In this document: positions 45,006 to 54,018 of the stretch, one piece after another
Position numbering within the stretch: the stretch's first letter is position 1
How the letters are laid out: every line of letters starts with the position of its first letter
Assembly: GCA_963801605.1 (NCBI GenBank)
Contig: CAWDFP010000006.1
Coordinates: 544,001-608,000, forward strand
From: an uncultured candidate division Zixibacteria bacterium
GTDB taxonomy: Bacteria > Zixibacteria > MSB-5A5 > UBA10806
Reading direction: 5' to 3'
Length of the DNA stretch: 64,000 nucleotides
Notes under the pieces: model-generated
What the model saw: the letters and a program-made list of their open reading frames with translations, nothing else
The model's database searches: none
What the model was told of the DNA's origin: nothing
Translations under genes and position numbers: made by a program

Positions 45006-46091
45006 TTAGTCAAGCGCTACCCAGCGGAATGTATAATATCCCGAAACCGGCGTGCCGCCGATATCTTTATAGTAGGTAATTATCTGAAGCTTGTAATGAT
45101 GGCTTCCCGATCTAATCGCATAGACATGACTTTTGGATGACAAGATATGAGTGTTGCCATCATAGTTATACCAATTGGCCATGACCGAGCCAAGATTGTC
45201 AGGGAAATATGCCTGGGGAGCTGTTGGCGCACTATTGGTTTCGCTAAAATTAGTCGGGTCGGTCTGGTCCTGCCAGATTTCATAGGTGCCGCAGGCACCG
45301 GGGCCAAACACCGTTGAGTTTTGATGAATGTCATAATTTGTGAATGCCAGATCCCAATCAGTGGAGGTTCTCGGATCCGCGGGAGTGACGACCGATCCCG
45401 TTGAAAAATCGACATATATCGGACCGCCGCCGGCAGCGTCGAATCTTAGTGTGTCCGGTGCTCCGGAGAATGTCGGGGAGCTTCCCGAATATATATAAAG
45501 AATTGTGATCATTCCCATATTGGGCGGCATACCGGGATTATCGATTGCATGGATTTGGAATTTAACGTAATTCCCGGTGGCATCTTTCATGATATATACA
45601 TAATTGGTGGCGGCCAGGCTGTGTCTGATTGGATCATAGGTATACCATTCATTGATTACCAGACTATAAGAATCACTGGCCCAAGTGGAATCCGCCAGCG
45701 TGGTGGGATCATTAAAGCCCATAAAGTTGGTGGAATCCATTCGCCCCATTGCAGCCAGGTCGACAGCCTCGGCATGGCCCGGCCCTGAAACTCCACCATC
45801 GAGAATTATGCCCGATCGCTTGAACGCGATATTCCAACTGCTGTCAATTGCGGCTTGATTCGAAGTAAGCATTACCGTGTCTTTGCGGGCAAAACCGTAG
45901 TAAACATATTCGGATGTGCTCGTAGCATTTAGCGTGGTTTCCCAGTATCCCCCGCTATTCCACGTTGTCGTCGAAGTCCCCGTGGTATCGTTGGGATTGG
46001 GAATACTGCTGGTTGGCTTGTCCTTTGAGCAGCCCCCGACGATGATCGCGGCGCAGAGTGCCGCCAGAATAAAGAACGTGCGTAATTTCAT
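45006..46091 (-). CDS. hmuY: HmuY-family heme-binding lipoprotein with two tandem domains
   Basis: Lipobox IVGGC; WNIAFKR/WDLAFTN, WYTYD/WYNYD, YVKFQI/HYKLQI, YTFRW. Confidence 0.8.
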   Translation of the reverse strand: MKLRTFFILAALCAAIIVGGCSKDKPTSSIPNPNDTTGTSTTTWNSGGYWETTLNATSTSEYVYYGFARKDTVMLTSNQAAIDSSWNIAFKRSGIILDGGVSGPGHAEAVDLAAMGRMDSTNFMGFNDPTTLADSTWASDSYSLVINEWYTYDPIRHSLAATNYVYIMKDATGNYVKFQIHAIDNPGMPPNMGMITILYIYSGSSPTFSGAPDTLRFDAAGGGPIYVDFSTGSVVTPADPRTSTDWDLAFTNYDIHQNSTVFGPGACGTYEIWQDQTDPTNFSETNSAPTAPQAYFPDNLGSVMANWYNYDGNTHILSSKSHVYAIRSGSHHYKLQIITYYKDIGGTPVSGYYTFRWVALD

Positions 46092-46104
46092 CAATTACTC
46101 CTTT

Positions 46105-48303
46105 TTAGTCGATCTGGTTCGACTGGCCGTCAGCGGCCCCGTTGAATAGATTAATCCTAAAACCGACAGTAAATGACCGCGGCGGCCAGTAACCGTAGGT
46201 TGCATTGACTTTGTTTGCCAGGTTTTCCACACGGAAATAACCCTCGAACGCTTTGTAGAACCTTTTATATAAATTGAGATTCAATACAATCAGCTTGGGC
46301 GCATAAATTTTAGAAATCCGGTCCGGCGTATCGCCCTCGGATGTCCAGAGTTTACGGTCGTGATAAGTGCCCCAAAATGTCAGGCCGGCGCCCAATTGCG
46401 GAACACTAAAAGTATTGGTGAATTTAGCGGTATGCTGGGGACGGTTGATAAGATCGGTATGATCTGTCAGGTTTTTGGCGAGAAGATACATATACGAAAA
46501 TGAAAAATCCCACCCGGTGCAAACTTTAACTTTCGATTCCCATTCCAATCCCTGGGTGCGGGCCTTAACGATATTTTGATATTTATAAACACCGCGCCAA
46601 TAGGTTGGAGTAAACTCCACCAGATTGAAATCTATGAGATTATTAAGATCGTTTCTGAAAAAAGTCAGTCGGTGTAAGCCTCGCCGGCTGTAACTATATT
46701 CCACCGTTGTGGAGTAATTGTTGCTTTGCTCCGGATTGAGGGCGCCTCCGCCGCCGTATACGATATATCCGGCGGCGGAATGATCGAATATGAAATAAAG
46801 CTCTTTGATCGACGGCGCCCGAAAACCTCGACTGGCGGTCCCGCGAAATGTCAATCGATCGCTTGGAGACCATTTCAAATTCAGGCTGGGATTGATATGA
46901 TTACCGTAGGTTTGATGACGTTCCCAGCGGATGCCGGGAAGGATAGTAAAATCTTTAAGCGGTATAATTTCGGCTTGCATATATAGATCGCCAAAATCTA
47001 CCGTCTTTTTATTTCCGATGATTTGAGATGAATTGAGACCGGCATATGACAGATCGAGGCCCGATGTCACAATGAGATTCTTCGATAGAGTATGATTGGC
47101 CTGAAAGGAACCATCGACAATATAATCCTTGGTAAGGGAGCTGTCGTTTTCCACTCCTGCTCTCGTGAACTTTGACCAATCATGATTATAGTAAGAACCA
47201 TGCAATGAAGCCTCGAATACCGTTTTGGGGCTGGCCATATACCTATGCGTGGTCCCAATATCGTAGCGATTGTTCCATTCGTAATCATCATAAATAAAAG
47301 TCTTTTGAAGCGGCTCGAACCATTCCGATTCAATCCACTGTTTTCGCTCGTGCATATACCCGAGGGTAAGCTCATTATAAAATGACTCTTTGGAGTTCAG
47401 GCTTATCTTGGTACTTAGATTGTATCTTTTAATAGCTTCCAAGCCATTGGTATGAGGCGTACTTTTATCAAGATCAAATCCCGCCGTCTCTTCATGTTTA
47501 CCCGAAAACAGAAATCCATATTTGGGGCTCTTCGTTTCGAATTGGAATTCCGGATCGAACGATCTAAATGAACCATATTCAATCGACGATTCCAGGCTTT
47601 TACTCTGAGTCGGTTTTTTGGTGATGATGTTGATCACTCCACCCAGAGCGTCCGAGCCGTATAGAGTTGAACCTGAGCCTTTGACAATCTCGATGCGGTC
47701 AACATCGGAAAGCGAAATTTGTCCGAGATCGACCGAACCGCGCACCTGTCCTATCACGCGGTGGCCATCAATTAGAATTAACACTCTCGAGGGATCAACG
47801 CCTCTTATGGTGGCGCCTTTACCGGAGAGATCATCGTCAACAGTGACTCCCACATGCGAACTTAGCGCCTGATCAACAGTTAACGCGCCGGTGGCAATCA
47901 TATCCTCTCTGTTGATGACCTCGGTGGTGATGGGTACGTCTTTCAGGATATGCGGGGTACGAGTGGCCGTCACGACGATTTTATCGAGTTCCCAGGGGGC
48001 TTCATCTAAGGCTACGCTTAAGACCTGCTGACCATCCTGAGGTAGGATAATTTTTCGGGCAGCCTTTTTAAATCCGATTAATTGAATATTTATTGCATAT
48101 TCTCCTGCCGGTAGATTTTTTATTATAAAGCTTCCATCAGAACCGGCGGCGGCGCCATACTTTGTACCGCTTATGGCAACCCGCGCTCCGGGAAGCACCA
48201 TACCTGTTTGGGCGTCGGTAATCGTTCCCGTGATATCACCCGCAACTGCAATCCTACAGATAAGGGCGGCGAGAATAAAAAGCCAGATAGTTTTTGTCCT
48301 CAC
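46105..48303 (-). CDS. TonB-dependent receptor with N-terminal carboxypeptidase-regulatory-like domain (probable heme receptor)
   Basis: VVTATRT, ILIDG, RIEIVKGSGSTLYGSDALGGVINIIT, GFRAPS, LNPE; GTG start at 48303 with GGGAG RBS. Confidence 0.9.
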   Translation of the reverse strand: MRTKTIWLFILAALICRIAVAGDITGTITDAQTGMVLPGARVAISGTKYGAAAGSDGSFIIKNLPAGEYAINIQLIGFKKAARKIILPQDGQQVLSVALDEAPWELDKIVVTATRTPHILKDVPITTEVINREDMIATGALTVDQALSSHVGVTVDDDLSGKGATIRGVDPSRVLILIDGHRVIGQVRGSVDLGQISLSDVDRIEIVKGSGSTLYGSDALGGVINIITKKPTQSKSLESSIEYGSFRSFDPEFQFETKSPKYGFLFSGKHEETAGFDLDKSTPHTNGLEAIKRYNLSTKISLNSKESFYNELTLGYMHERKQWIESEWFEPLQKTFIYDDYEWNNRYDIGTTHRYMASPKTVFEASLHGSYYNHDWSKFTRAGVENDSSLTKDYIVDGSFQANHTLSKNLIVTSGLDLSYAGLNSSQIIGNKKTVDFGDLYMQAEIIPLKDFTILPGIRWERHQTYGNHINPSLNLKWSPSDRLTFRGTASRGFRAPSIKELYFIFDHSAAGYIVYGGGGALNPEQSNNYSTTVEYSYSRRGLHRLTFFRNDLNNLIDFNLVEFTPTYWRGVYKYQNIVKARTQGLEWESKVKVCTGWDFSFSYMYLLAKNLTDHTDLINRPQHTAKFTNTFSVPQLGAGLTFWGTYHDRKLWTSEGDTPDRISKIYAPKLIVLNLNLYKRFYKAFEGYFRVENLANKVNATYGYWPPRSFTVGFRINLFNGAADGQSNQID

Positions 48304-48451
48304 CCATGTCTCCCTGTTAAAAGGTGCCCCATCGTTGTGAAAAAAATCCCAATTCCGCATCACGCGGCAATAGTAAAAAACCCCCCTAATGGGGGGTATG
48401 ATATAGATCATAAAAACAGTAATTATTATCGTTTACATGACATTTGTCATA

Positions 48452-49126
48452 TCAACTGATCGCATATTTGAGCAGCTGGATCGCTTTTGAATATCCATGA
48501 ATAAGCGAGTTCGAGAAAAAGGGTAATCCCATCACATATTCCTCGATCTGCGCTGCCCCACAGAGCTTGGAAAGATTTATCGGGGTGAAATCGCCTGCAA
48601 CCACCGTTCCCAGAGAAAGCCGTCCCGCGAGATTCGTAAGTTTCGACACTTTGCTTAGTTCGTCGAGCTGGGCATTAACAGTTTTGGCCGAACAGTATGG
48701 CTCACAGTTTAAAATGATATAATCGCATTTGAGTCGGGCAGCTTCTTTGACTTGATCGATATCAAGCGGAATTTCCAGGCCCACCAAAATGTTTTCAACC
48801 TGAAGATTCGTGATGGCAGTCCCCAACGCTTCTTTTTTATCCTGCGAAAATTTCATTAACGCCATTCCGGGTTTTAAATCCCTGGCGGCCTCAAGCGATC
48901 TCGCATCGCAGCCGCATCTGAGCGCCAGAGCGATATCGAGACTTTCAATAAGAAGCGATGCGGTTTTGCGCCGTCTCTGGTCAAGCTCTTTGCCCAATCC
49001 GAAAATAACTCCGTCAGCCCCGGCGATCTCGCATGCCAAGGCATTCTTGACCACCGACTTTACCATATCGGAACCATCCGAATAGAGATTTGCCAGCGGT
49101 TCCAAATCAATTGTTATTCTTGCCAT
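48452..49126 (-). CDS. Divergent PdxJ (PNP synthase)-fold protein lacking catalytic motifs
   Basis: Colinear with PdxJ (A..CEIAGADG, DQVKEAA, Y..A...Q..EL, C-terminal G..KAI) by eye. Confidence 0.65.
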   Translation of the reverse strand: MARITIDLEPLANLYSDGSDMVKSVVKNALACEIAGADGVIFGLGKELDQRRRKTASLLIESLDIALALRCGCDARSLEAARDLKPGMALMKFSQDKKEALGTAITNLQVENILVGLEIPLDIDQVKEAARLKCDYIILNCEPYCSAKTVNAQLDELSKVSKLTNLAGRLSLGTVVAGDFTPINLSKLCGAAQIEEYVMGLPFFSNSLIHGYSKAIQLLKYAIS

Positions 49127-49197
49127 GCCGCCAAGATTAAGGGATAACCTCTTTCATGTCAAGAAAGCTTTGCGAAATTTCTATAAATGATTTCGAA

Positions 49198-50703
49198 TTA
49201 TTTCTTTTTGGAAAGCCGCCCGACGATCTGGGTAAGATCAAATAAATTTTTTGATACCGAATCTGTTAACATGGCAGGATCAAGCCGCCATTCCCAATTT
49301 CCGCGGGGGGTTGATGGTGTATTCATGCGGGCTTCGGCACCCAAACCAAGGATATCCTGAATTGGGATGATGATTCTATCTGCAACCGATAGCATCGCCA
49401 TGCGAACGAACACCTCGTGTACGTATTGAGCCTTAATTTCGAAACCAAGGTATCGGTTGAGGCTGTCTTTCTCGATTGGTGTGGCGTCTTGTTCGTACCA
49501 GCCCTTGACGGTGTTATTGTCATGCGTACCAGTATACACAACACAGTTCTTGACATGATTATGGGGAGCGTAGGGATTTTCAGGCAAACCCTCGCCGAAA
49601 GCGAAGAGCAGCACTCTCATGCCGGGAATGGCAAGCCTTTCAATAAGTTCCTTTACGTCGGGTGTGATGATGCCCAGGTCTTCTGCAATTATAGGCGACA
49701 GCGGACAGTTTTCGTTAAGCCTGGCAAAAAACTCATCCACCGGAACGCTCATCCATTTGCCATTGACCGCGGTTTTCTCTCCGGCGGGGATTTCCCAATA
49801 GCCAAGTAGCCCGCGAAAATGATCGATACGTAATAAATCAAAAAGCTTAAGATTGTGCGAGATGCGCTTAACCCACCAATCAAAATTTCGTTTCTTAAGA
49901 TTTTCCCAATTATATACGGGATTTCCCCAGAGCTGTCCGGTTTTACTGAAGTAGTCAGGCGGCACACCCGCGACAAAGAGGGGCTTTTTCTCATCATCTA
50001 ACTTGAAGATTTCCTGATGAGCCCAGAGATCGGCGCTTTGAAAACTCATATAGATGGGGAGATCTCCCATTATTTCGATATTGTGATCGTTGGCATATTT
50101 TTTCAGCGCTTGCCATTGCCCATAGAAGAGAAACTGCAGGAATCTATACTTTTCAAGCTGTTCCGATAATATGCCTTGGTAGTAAACCAGTGCTTCGGGT
50201 TTGCGATCTCTGATATCTTCCGGCCATTGTCCCCAGCTATTATCATGGAAAAAGCTTTTCAGCGCTGTAAAAAGCGCAAAATCGTCGAGCCAATAAGCGC
50301 TATCCTGGCAGAACGAGTCAAATTCAACTCTATCGGATCGTTGCCTGAAAGTCTGGAAAGCCTCCTCGAAGATTAGGTTTTTAATCTTGATTGCTTCGCC
50401 AAAGTCGACGCGGTTTTTGGGGAAGTTATTTACGGAGGGGAATTCCTTTATCCAGCCCTGACGAACCAAAAACTCGGGGCTAATGAGAAGGGTATTTCCA
50501 GCAAAGGCCGACGAGCTACTATAGGGCGAGTTGCCCTCGCCCGGGCTGGGAGGATTTAACGGCAGAACCTGCCAGATGCATTGCCCGGCTCGCTCCAAAA
50601 AATCAGCAAATTCATAAGCTCCCGGCCCGAGATTCCCGATAGAATCGTCGCCGGGTAAAGATGTGATATGAAGCAGAATGCCGCTGGCCCTGTGGTGTGT
50701 CAT
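49198..50703 (-). CDS. malQ: 4-alpha-glucanotransferase (GH77)
   Basis: SGILLHITSLPG, WQVLPL, GVPPDYFS.TGQLWGNP, RIDHFRG, AEDLG, YTGTHDN. Confidence 0.96.
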   Translation of the reverse strand: MTHHRASGILLHITSLPGDDSIGNLGPGAYEFADFLERAGQCIWQVLPLNPPSPGEGNSPYSSSSAFAGNTLLISPEFLVRQGWIKEFPSVNNFPKNRVDFGEAIKIKNLIFEEAFQTFRQRSDRVEFDSFCQDSAYWLDDFALFTALKSFFHDNSWGQWPEDIRDRKPEALVYYQGILSEQLEKYRFLQFLFYGQWQALKKYANDHNIEIMGDLPIYMSFQSADLWAHQEIFKLDDEKKPLFVAGVPPDYFSKTGQLWGNPVYNWENLKKRNFDWWVKRISHNLKLFDLLRIDHFRGLLGYWEIPAGEKTAVNGKWMSVPVDEFFARLNENCPLSPIIAEDLGIITPDVKELIERLAIPGMRVLLFAFGEGLPENPYAPHNHVKNCVVYTGTHDNNTVKGWYEQDATPIEKDSLNRYLGFEIKAQYVHEVFVRMAMLSVADRIIIPIQDILGLGAEARMNTPSTPRGNWEWRLDPAMLTDSVSKNLFDLTQIVGRLSKKK

Positions 50704-50895
50704 AGAAAGGTTATCGGATTATTCCGGCAAGGAATTATCAAATATAGCCTATTGATATTGAAATCATCAAGTTATTAGAGGGCGTATATCGATAATCATG
50801 ATCAGAAAATGATGATCCGCACAAAATCGCATTGCCTTCACAGGCGTGCTAAAATTATGGCCGCCGGGGAATACCCGTATATTAAAGGTTATTTC

Positions 50896-51114
50896 TTAAC
50901 CCTCACGCTCTTTGACGGCAAGCGAAACGTATACTTTCCCCGCCTTGGTGCGATAACTAATCTTATCCTCGCGAGCCAGCCAACCCAATGCCTGGTAAGT
51001 GATGTCGCTTTTTAGTTTCAACATCCGAGGCAGTTGCTCCAGGCCGACTTCATCTTTGGCGGATAATGTCTCCCAGACTCGTCCTGCGGCCTCGCCAATT
51101 TTCGATTTCATCAT
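50896..51114 (-). CDS. Small winged-helix protein (DUF2582-like)
   Basis: IGEAAGRVW, ALGWLAREDKI; AAGGA RBS. Confidence 0.85.
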   Translation of the reverse strand: MMKSKIGEAAGRVWETLSAKDEVGLEQLPRMLKLKSDITYQALGWLAREDKISYRTKAGKVYVSLAVKEREG

Positions 51115-51650
51115 ATATTAGTTCCTTTCAAAGCTCAGGGCTAATTCCCCCAATCAATATTTTATGCTCTGCTAACGCTAGTTAACCTATTTGAAAATTT
51201 ATCTCTTTGTCAATTTGGAGTCAAGTTAAATTGCTGTTAATTATCAGTAAGGGTAATCCTAATTCCACGGGTTGGATCGAATAAAGAAATAATTTACCTC
51301 CCCAGTTTGTAGTATAAAATTTTCAGCTAAGCTTTTTTTGAGTTCAAAGCTATGTTTGGAAAAGGCATCCGCAAAACTCTAGGCCTACTTTTGTTAATAA
51401 TAGTATTCCGTATCTTTTGAAAGATTTTCACTCAGCACAATTGATTTCAGGTCCATTATTGGTTAGTGTTGAGAGTAGTTCTCAATAAATTTTGTTTCTA
51501 ATGATGGAACTATTGCCTTATTAAAGAGTTGTTTGGCTATCTGAAAAAATAAAACTATCTATTCCCGCTCGATATTTTTGCTCCACATTTCGGGTTTTTA
51601 TTCGATATTTTTCTCTTGACTCCACGCACAAAGTGCCCTTATTTGTATTT

Positions 51651-51668
51651 TTGTGAATCAGTTCACAA
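51651..51668. promoter_or_regulatory. Rex operator (autoregulation)
   Basis: TTGTGAA-TCAG-TTCACAA, a perfect match to the Rex consensus, directly upstream of rex. Confidence 0.88.
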
Positions 51669-51686
51669 TAGCCTAAACAAGGAGCG

Positions 51687-52349
51687 ATGCCATTGCTTAT
51701 TAAAAAGTCAATGCGAAAAATATCTAATTCGACTATCCATCGGTTGTCGATTTACTACCGGGCGTTATTGGGTTTGGAACGCGAAGGCTACGAAACCATC
51801 TCCTCAAAGGAGTTAGCCCGTCGAGAGAAACTCACACCGGCCCAGGTTAGAAAGGACCTCTCATTTTTTGGCAGTTTCGGGACGCGCGGCCTGGGGTATC
51901 CGGTCAAGGAGTTGAAAGAACGGATAGCAGAAATCCTCGGCCTAAATAAGCTCTGGAACGTGGCAATGGTGGGAGTGGGAAATATCGGATCGGCGCTGGT
52001 GAGCTATAAGGAGTTTGCCAAACAAGGCTTTATAATCAAACTCCTGTTCGATAATGATCAGCGTAAAATCGGTTCCAATCACAAAGGAATCATCATTAAT
52101 GATGTCGCTGGCATAAAGCAAATGCTCAAAGAGCAGGAGATTCAGATCGTAATCTTCACAGTGCCGGCGGCAGTGGCTCAAAAGGTATGCGACGACGTAG
52201 TCGAGGCTGGAGTCAAGGCGATTCTAAATTTCGCACCGGTAAACCTTAAAGTACCGGAAGATGTTGTGCTTCTGAACGAGAACATGTCGATCGAGCTTGA
52301 GCATTTGTCCTTTTCGCTGACTAATAAGAATATGGTGCTCTCAGATTAA
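51687..52349 (+). CDS. rex: Redox-sensing transcriptional repressor Rex
   Basis: RLSIYYR, ISSKELA, QVRKDLSFFG.FG.RGLGY, VGVGNIG, ILNFAP. Confidence 0.97.
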   Translation: MPLLIKKSMRKISNSTIHRLSIYYRALLGLEREGYETISSKELARREKLTPAQVRKDLSFFGSFGTRGLGYPVKELKERIAEILGLNKLWNVAMVGVGNIGSALVSYKEFAKQGFIIKLLFDNDQRKIGSNHKGIIINDVAGIKQMLKEQEIQIVIFTVPAAVAQKVCDDVVEAGVKAILNFAPVNLKVPEDVVLLNENMSIELEHLSFSLTNKNMVLSD

Positions 52350-52465
52350 GGATTTGATAAAACACTCACGTGTGCAACGCGATGCACAGCCGTAAATTAT
52401 TTTATTTTTGCGAGAAATAGATTTTATCTTGACAAGCCGGGGGCCGATTAAGTTAATATAGGTAT

Positions 52466-52882
52466 ATGACCATGTTGAGATGCGGCGGTCTGATAGTTAT
52501 ACTCATGTCTTTAATGCTACTTGGAACTGTGGCGCAAGCGCAAGTGGTGCTCGGTACTGCTTGTGAACCGTACGGGTCTGTCACAGTTGAGGGGCAGCCG
52601 GCTGCGAATAATCTCGTTGTGATTGCTTATGTGGGCGAGATCGAGTTGGCGCGCACGCATACGGTCAACGGTCTTTACTCGCTTTATATCCCCAAGGATG
52701 ATGAAGCAACTCCGCAGCGCGATGGTTACGTGGCTGGCGATATCCTGACGATTCGTATCAACGGAAATCCGTCGTTGCCATCGTTTGAGGCGTTCGCCGG
52801 ACGGCAACGTCGCGATCTGGAGATTAGCACGCTGGCGATTCGTCTGGAAACCTGGGGCCGCATCAAAGCACTGTTTAAGTAA
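52466..52882 (+). CDS. Hypothetical secreted protein ending in TWGRIKALFK
   Basis: Signal peptide (AQA), small beta-rich domain, C-terminal motif. Confidence 0.75.
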   Translation: MTMLRCGGLIVILMSLMLLGTVAQAQVVLGTACEPYGSVTVEGQPAANNLVVIAYVGEIELARTHTVNGLYSLYIPKDDEATPQRDGYVAGDILTIRINGNPSLPSFEAFAGRQRRDLEISTLAIRLETWGRIKALFK

Positions 52883-52905
52883 CAAATTGAACATATCGAA
52901 ATTTT

Positions 52906-52937
52906 AACCGAGGTCTCTTTCAGGCCCCGGTTTTTTT
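52906..52937 (+). terminator. Intrinsic terminator
   Basis: AACCGAGGTCT/AGGCCCCGGTT stem plus T-run. Confidence 0.65.
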
Positions 52938-53158
52938 ATGTCTGGAGAAAAAATCATGAAGTGTCCTACTGGAAGAAGCACCATCTTTCCCTGCAAAACT
53001 CCTTGCCATTTGGGGCAAAATCAATTACAAATACTGTATAAGAAGTAGGTAGTCAGGGATGTCCCCGAATATCTGGCCGGGTGAGGTATCCCCATAAGGC
53101 TATCTATTGGAGATCGAATCTTTTCATCTGAAAATAACGTAGATACAGGAGGAAGCTA

Positions 53159-53497
53159 ATGAAGCTCACCAGCCGCGAGGAAAAAGGCGTTGAAATTCTG
53201 GAGCCAAAGGGAAAGATCATGGGAGGGCCGGACGCCACTATGCTGCACGACTATCTCCATGAACTTATCAACCAGAACAAGAAGAAAGTCGTAATTGATC
53301 TTTCAAAAGTGGAATGGATGAACTCGACCGGACTTGGGATTCTGATTTCCGGCCTGACCACGCTGCGCAATAACGGCGGCGAACTGAAACTGGCCCAAAT
53401 CACCGACAAGATCGAGTCGCTTCTGACCATTACCAAGCTCATCACGGTTTTCGAAAACTACGACACGGTTGAGGAAGCGGTGACAAGCTTTCAATGA
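53159..53497 (+). CDS. STAS-domain anti-sigma factor antagonist (RsbV/SpoIIAA-like)
   Basis: VIDLSKVEWMNSTGLGILI, GGELKL; AGGAGG RBS. Confidence 0.92.
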   Translation: MKLTSREEKGVEILEPKGKIMGGPDATMLHDYLHELINQNKKKVVIDLSKVEWMNSTGLGILISGLTTLRNNGGELKLAQITDKIESLLTITKLITVFENYDTVEEAVTSFQ

Positions 53498-53583
53498 TCT
53501 GCCGGAGAGTTTTTTGCGGTGCTCTTAATTAACAGGTGGGTCGATCAAGTCCCACCTTTTTTAAAACCATCACAACGGAGAAG

Positions 53584-54006
53584 ATGATGGGACAAAATAA
53601 CGGCGATGACATTACGATTCCCAGTTCGCCCGACCATATTTCAGCGGTCGATGAATTTATCGAAAGTTGGCTCAGGCAACGCGGAGTGCCGGAAGACACT
53701 ATCGCGGACCTCGCCATTGCGATAACGGAGCTTGTCAATAACGCCATCAAGCATGGCAATAAATACGATCACAAAAAGAAAATCAGAGTTGGGCTCCGTT
53801 TTGAAAACGACCAGGCGCAGGCCACTGTCAGCGATGAGGGGACAGGATTCGATCCTGAATCGATTCCCAACCCCATAGCCGAAGAAAATCTGCTAAAAGA
53901 GATTGGCCGTGGAATATTCATCGTAAAATCACTGATGGACAAGGTCGAATTCGCCTTTCCCGCATCGGGCGGAACAACAATCACAATTACCAAAAAAATC
54001 GCTTAA
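53584..54006 (+). CDS. Anti-sigma factor Ser/Thr kinase (RsbW-like)
   Basis: ELVNNAIKHGN, VSDEGTGFD, GRGIFIV. Confidence 0.9.
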   Translation: MMGQNNGDDITIPSSPDHISAVDEFIESWLRQRGVPEDTIADLAIAITELVNNAIKHGNKYDHKKKIRVGLRFENDQAQATVSDEGTGFDPESIPNPIAEENLLKEIGRGIFIVKSLMDKVEFAFPASGGTTITITKKIA

Positions 54007-54018
54007 TTTCGGGATATA

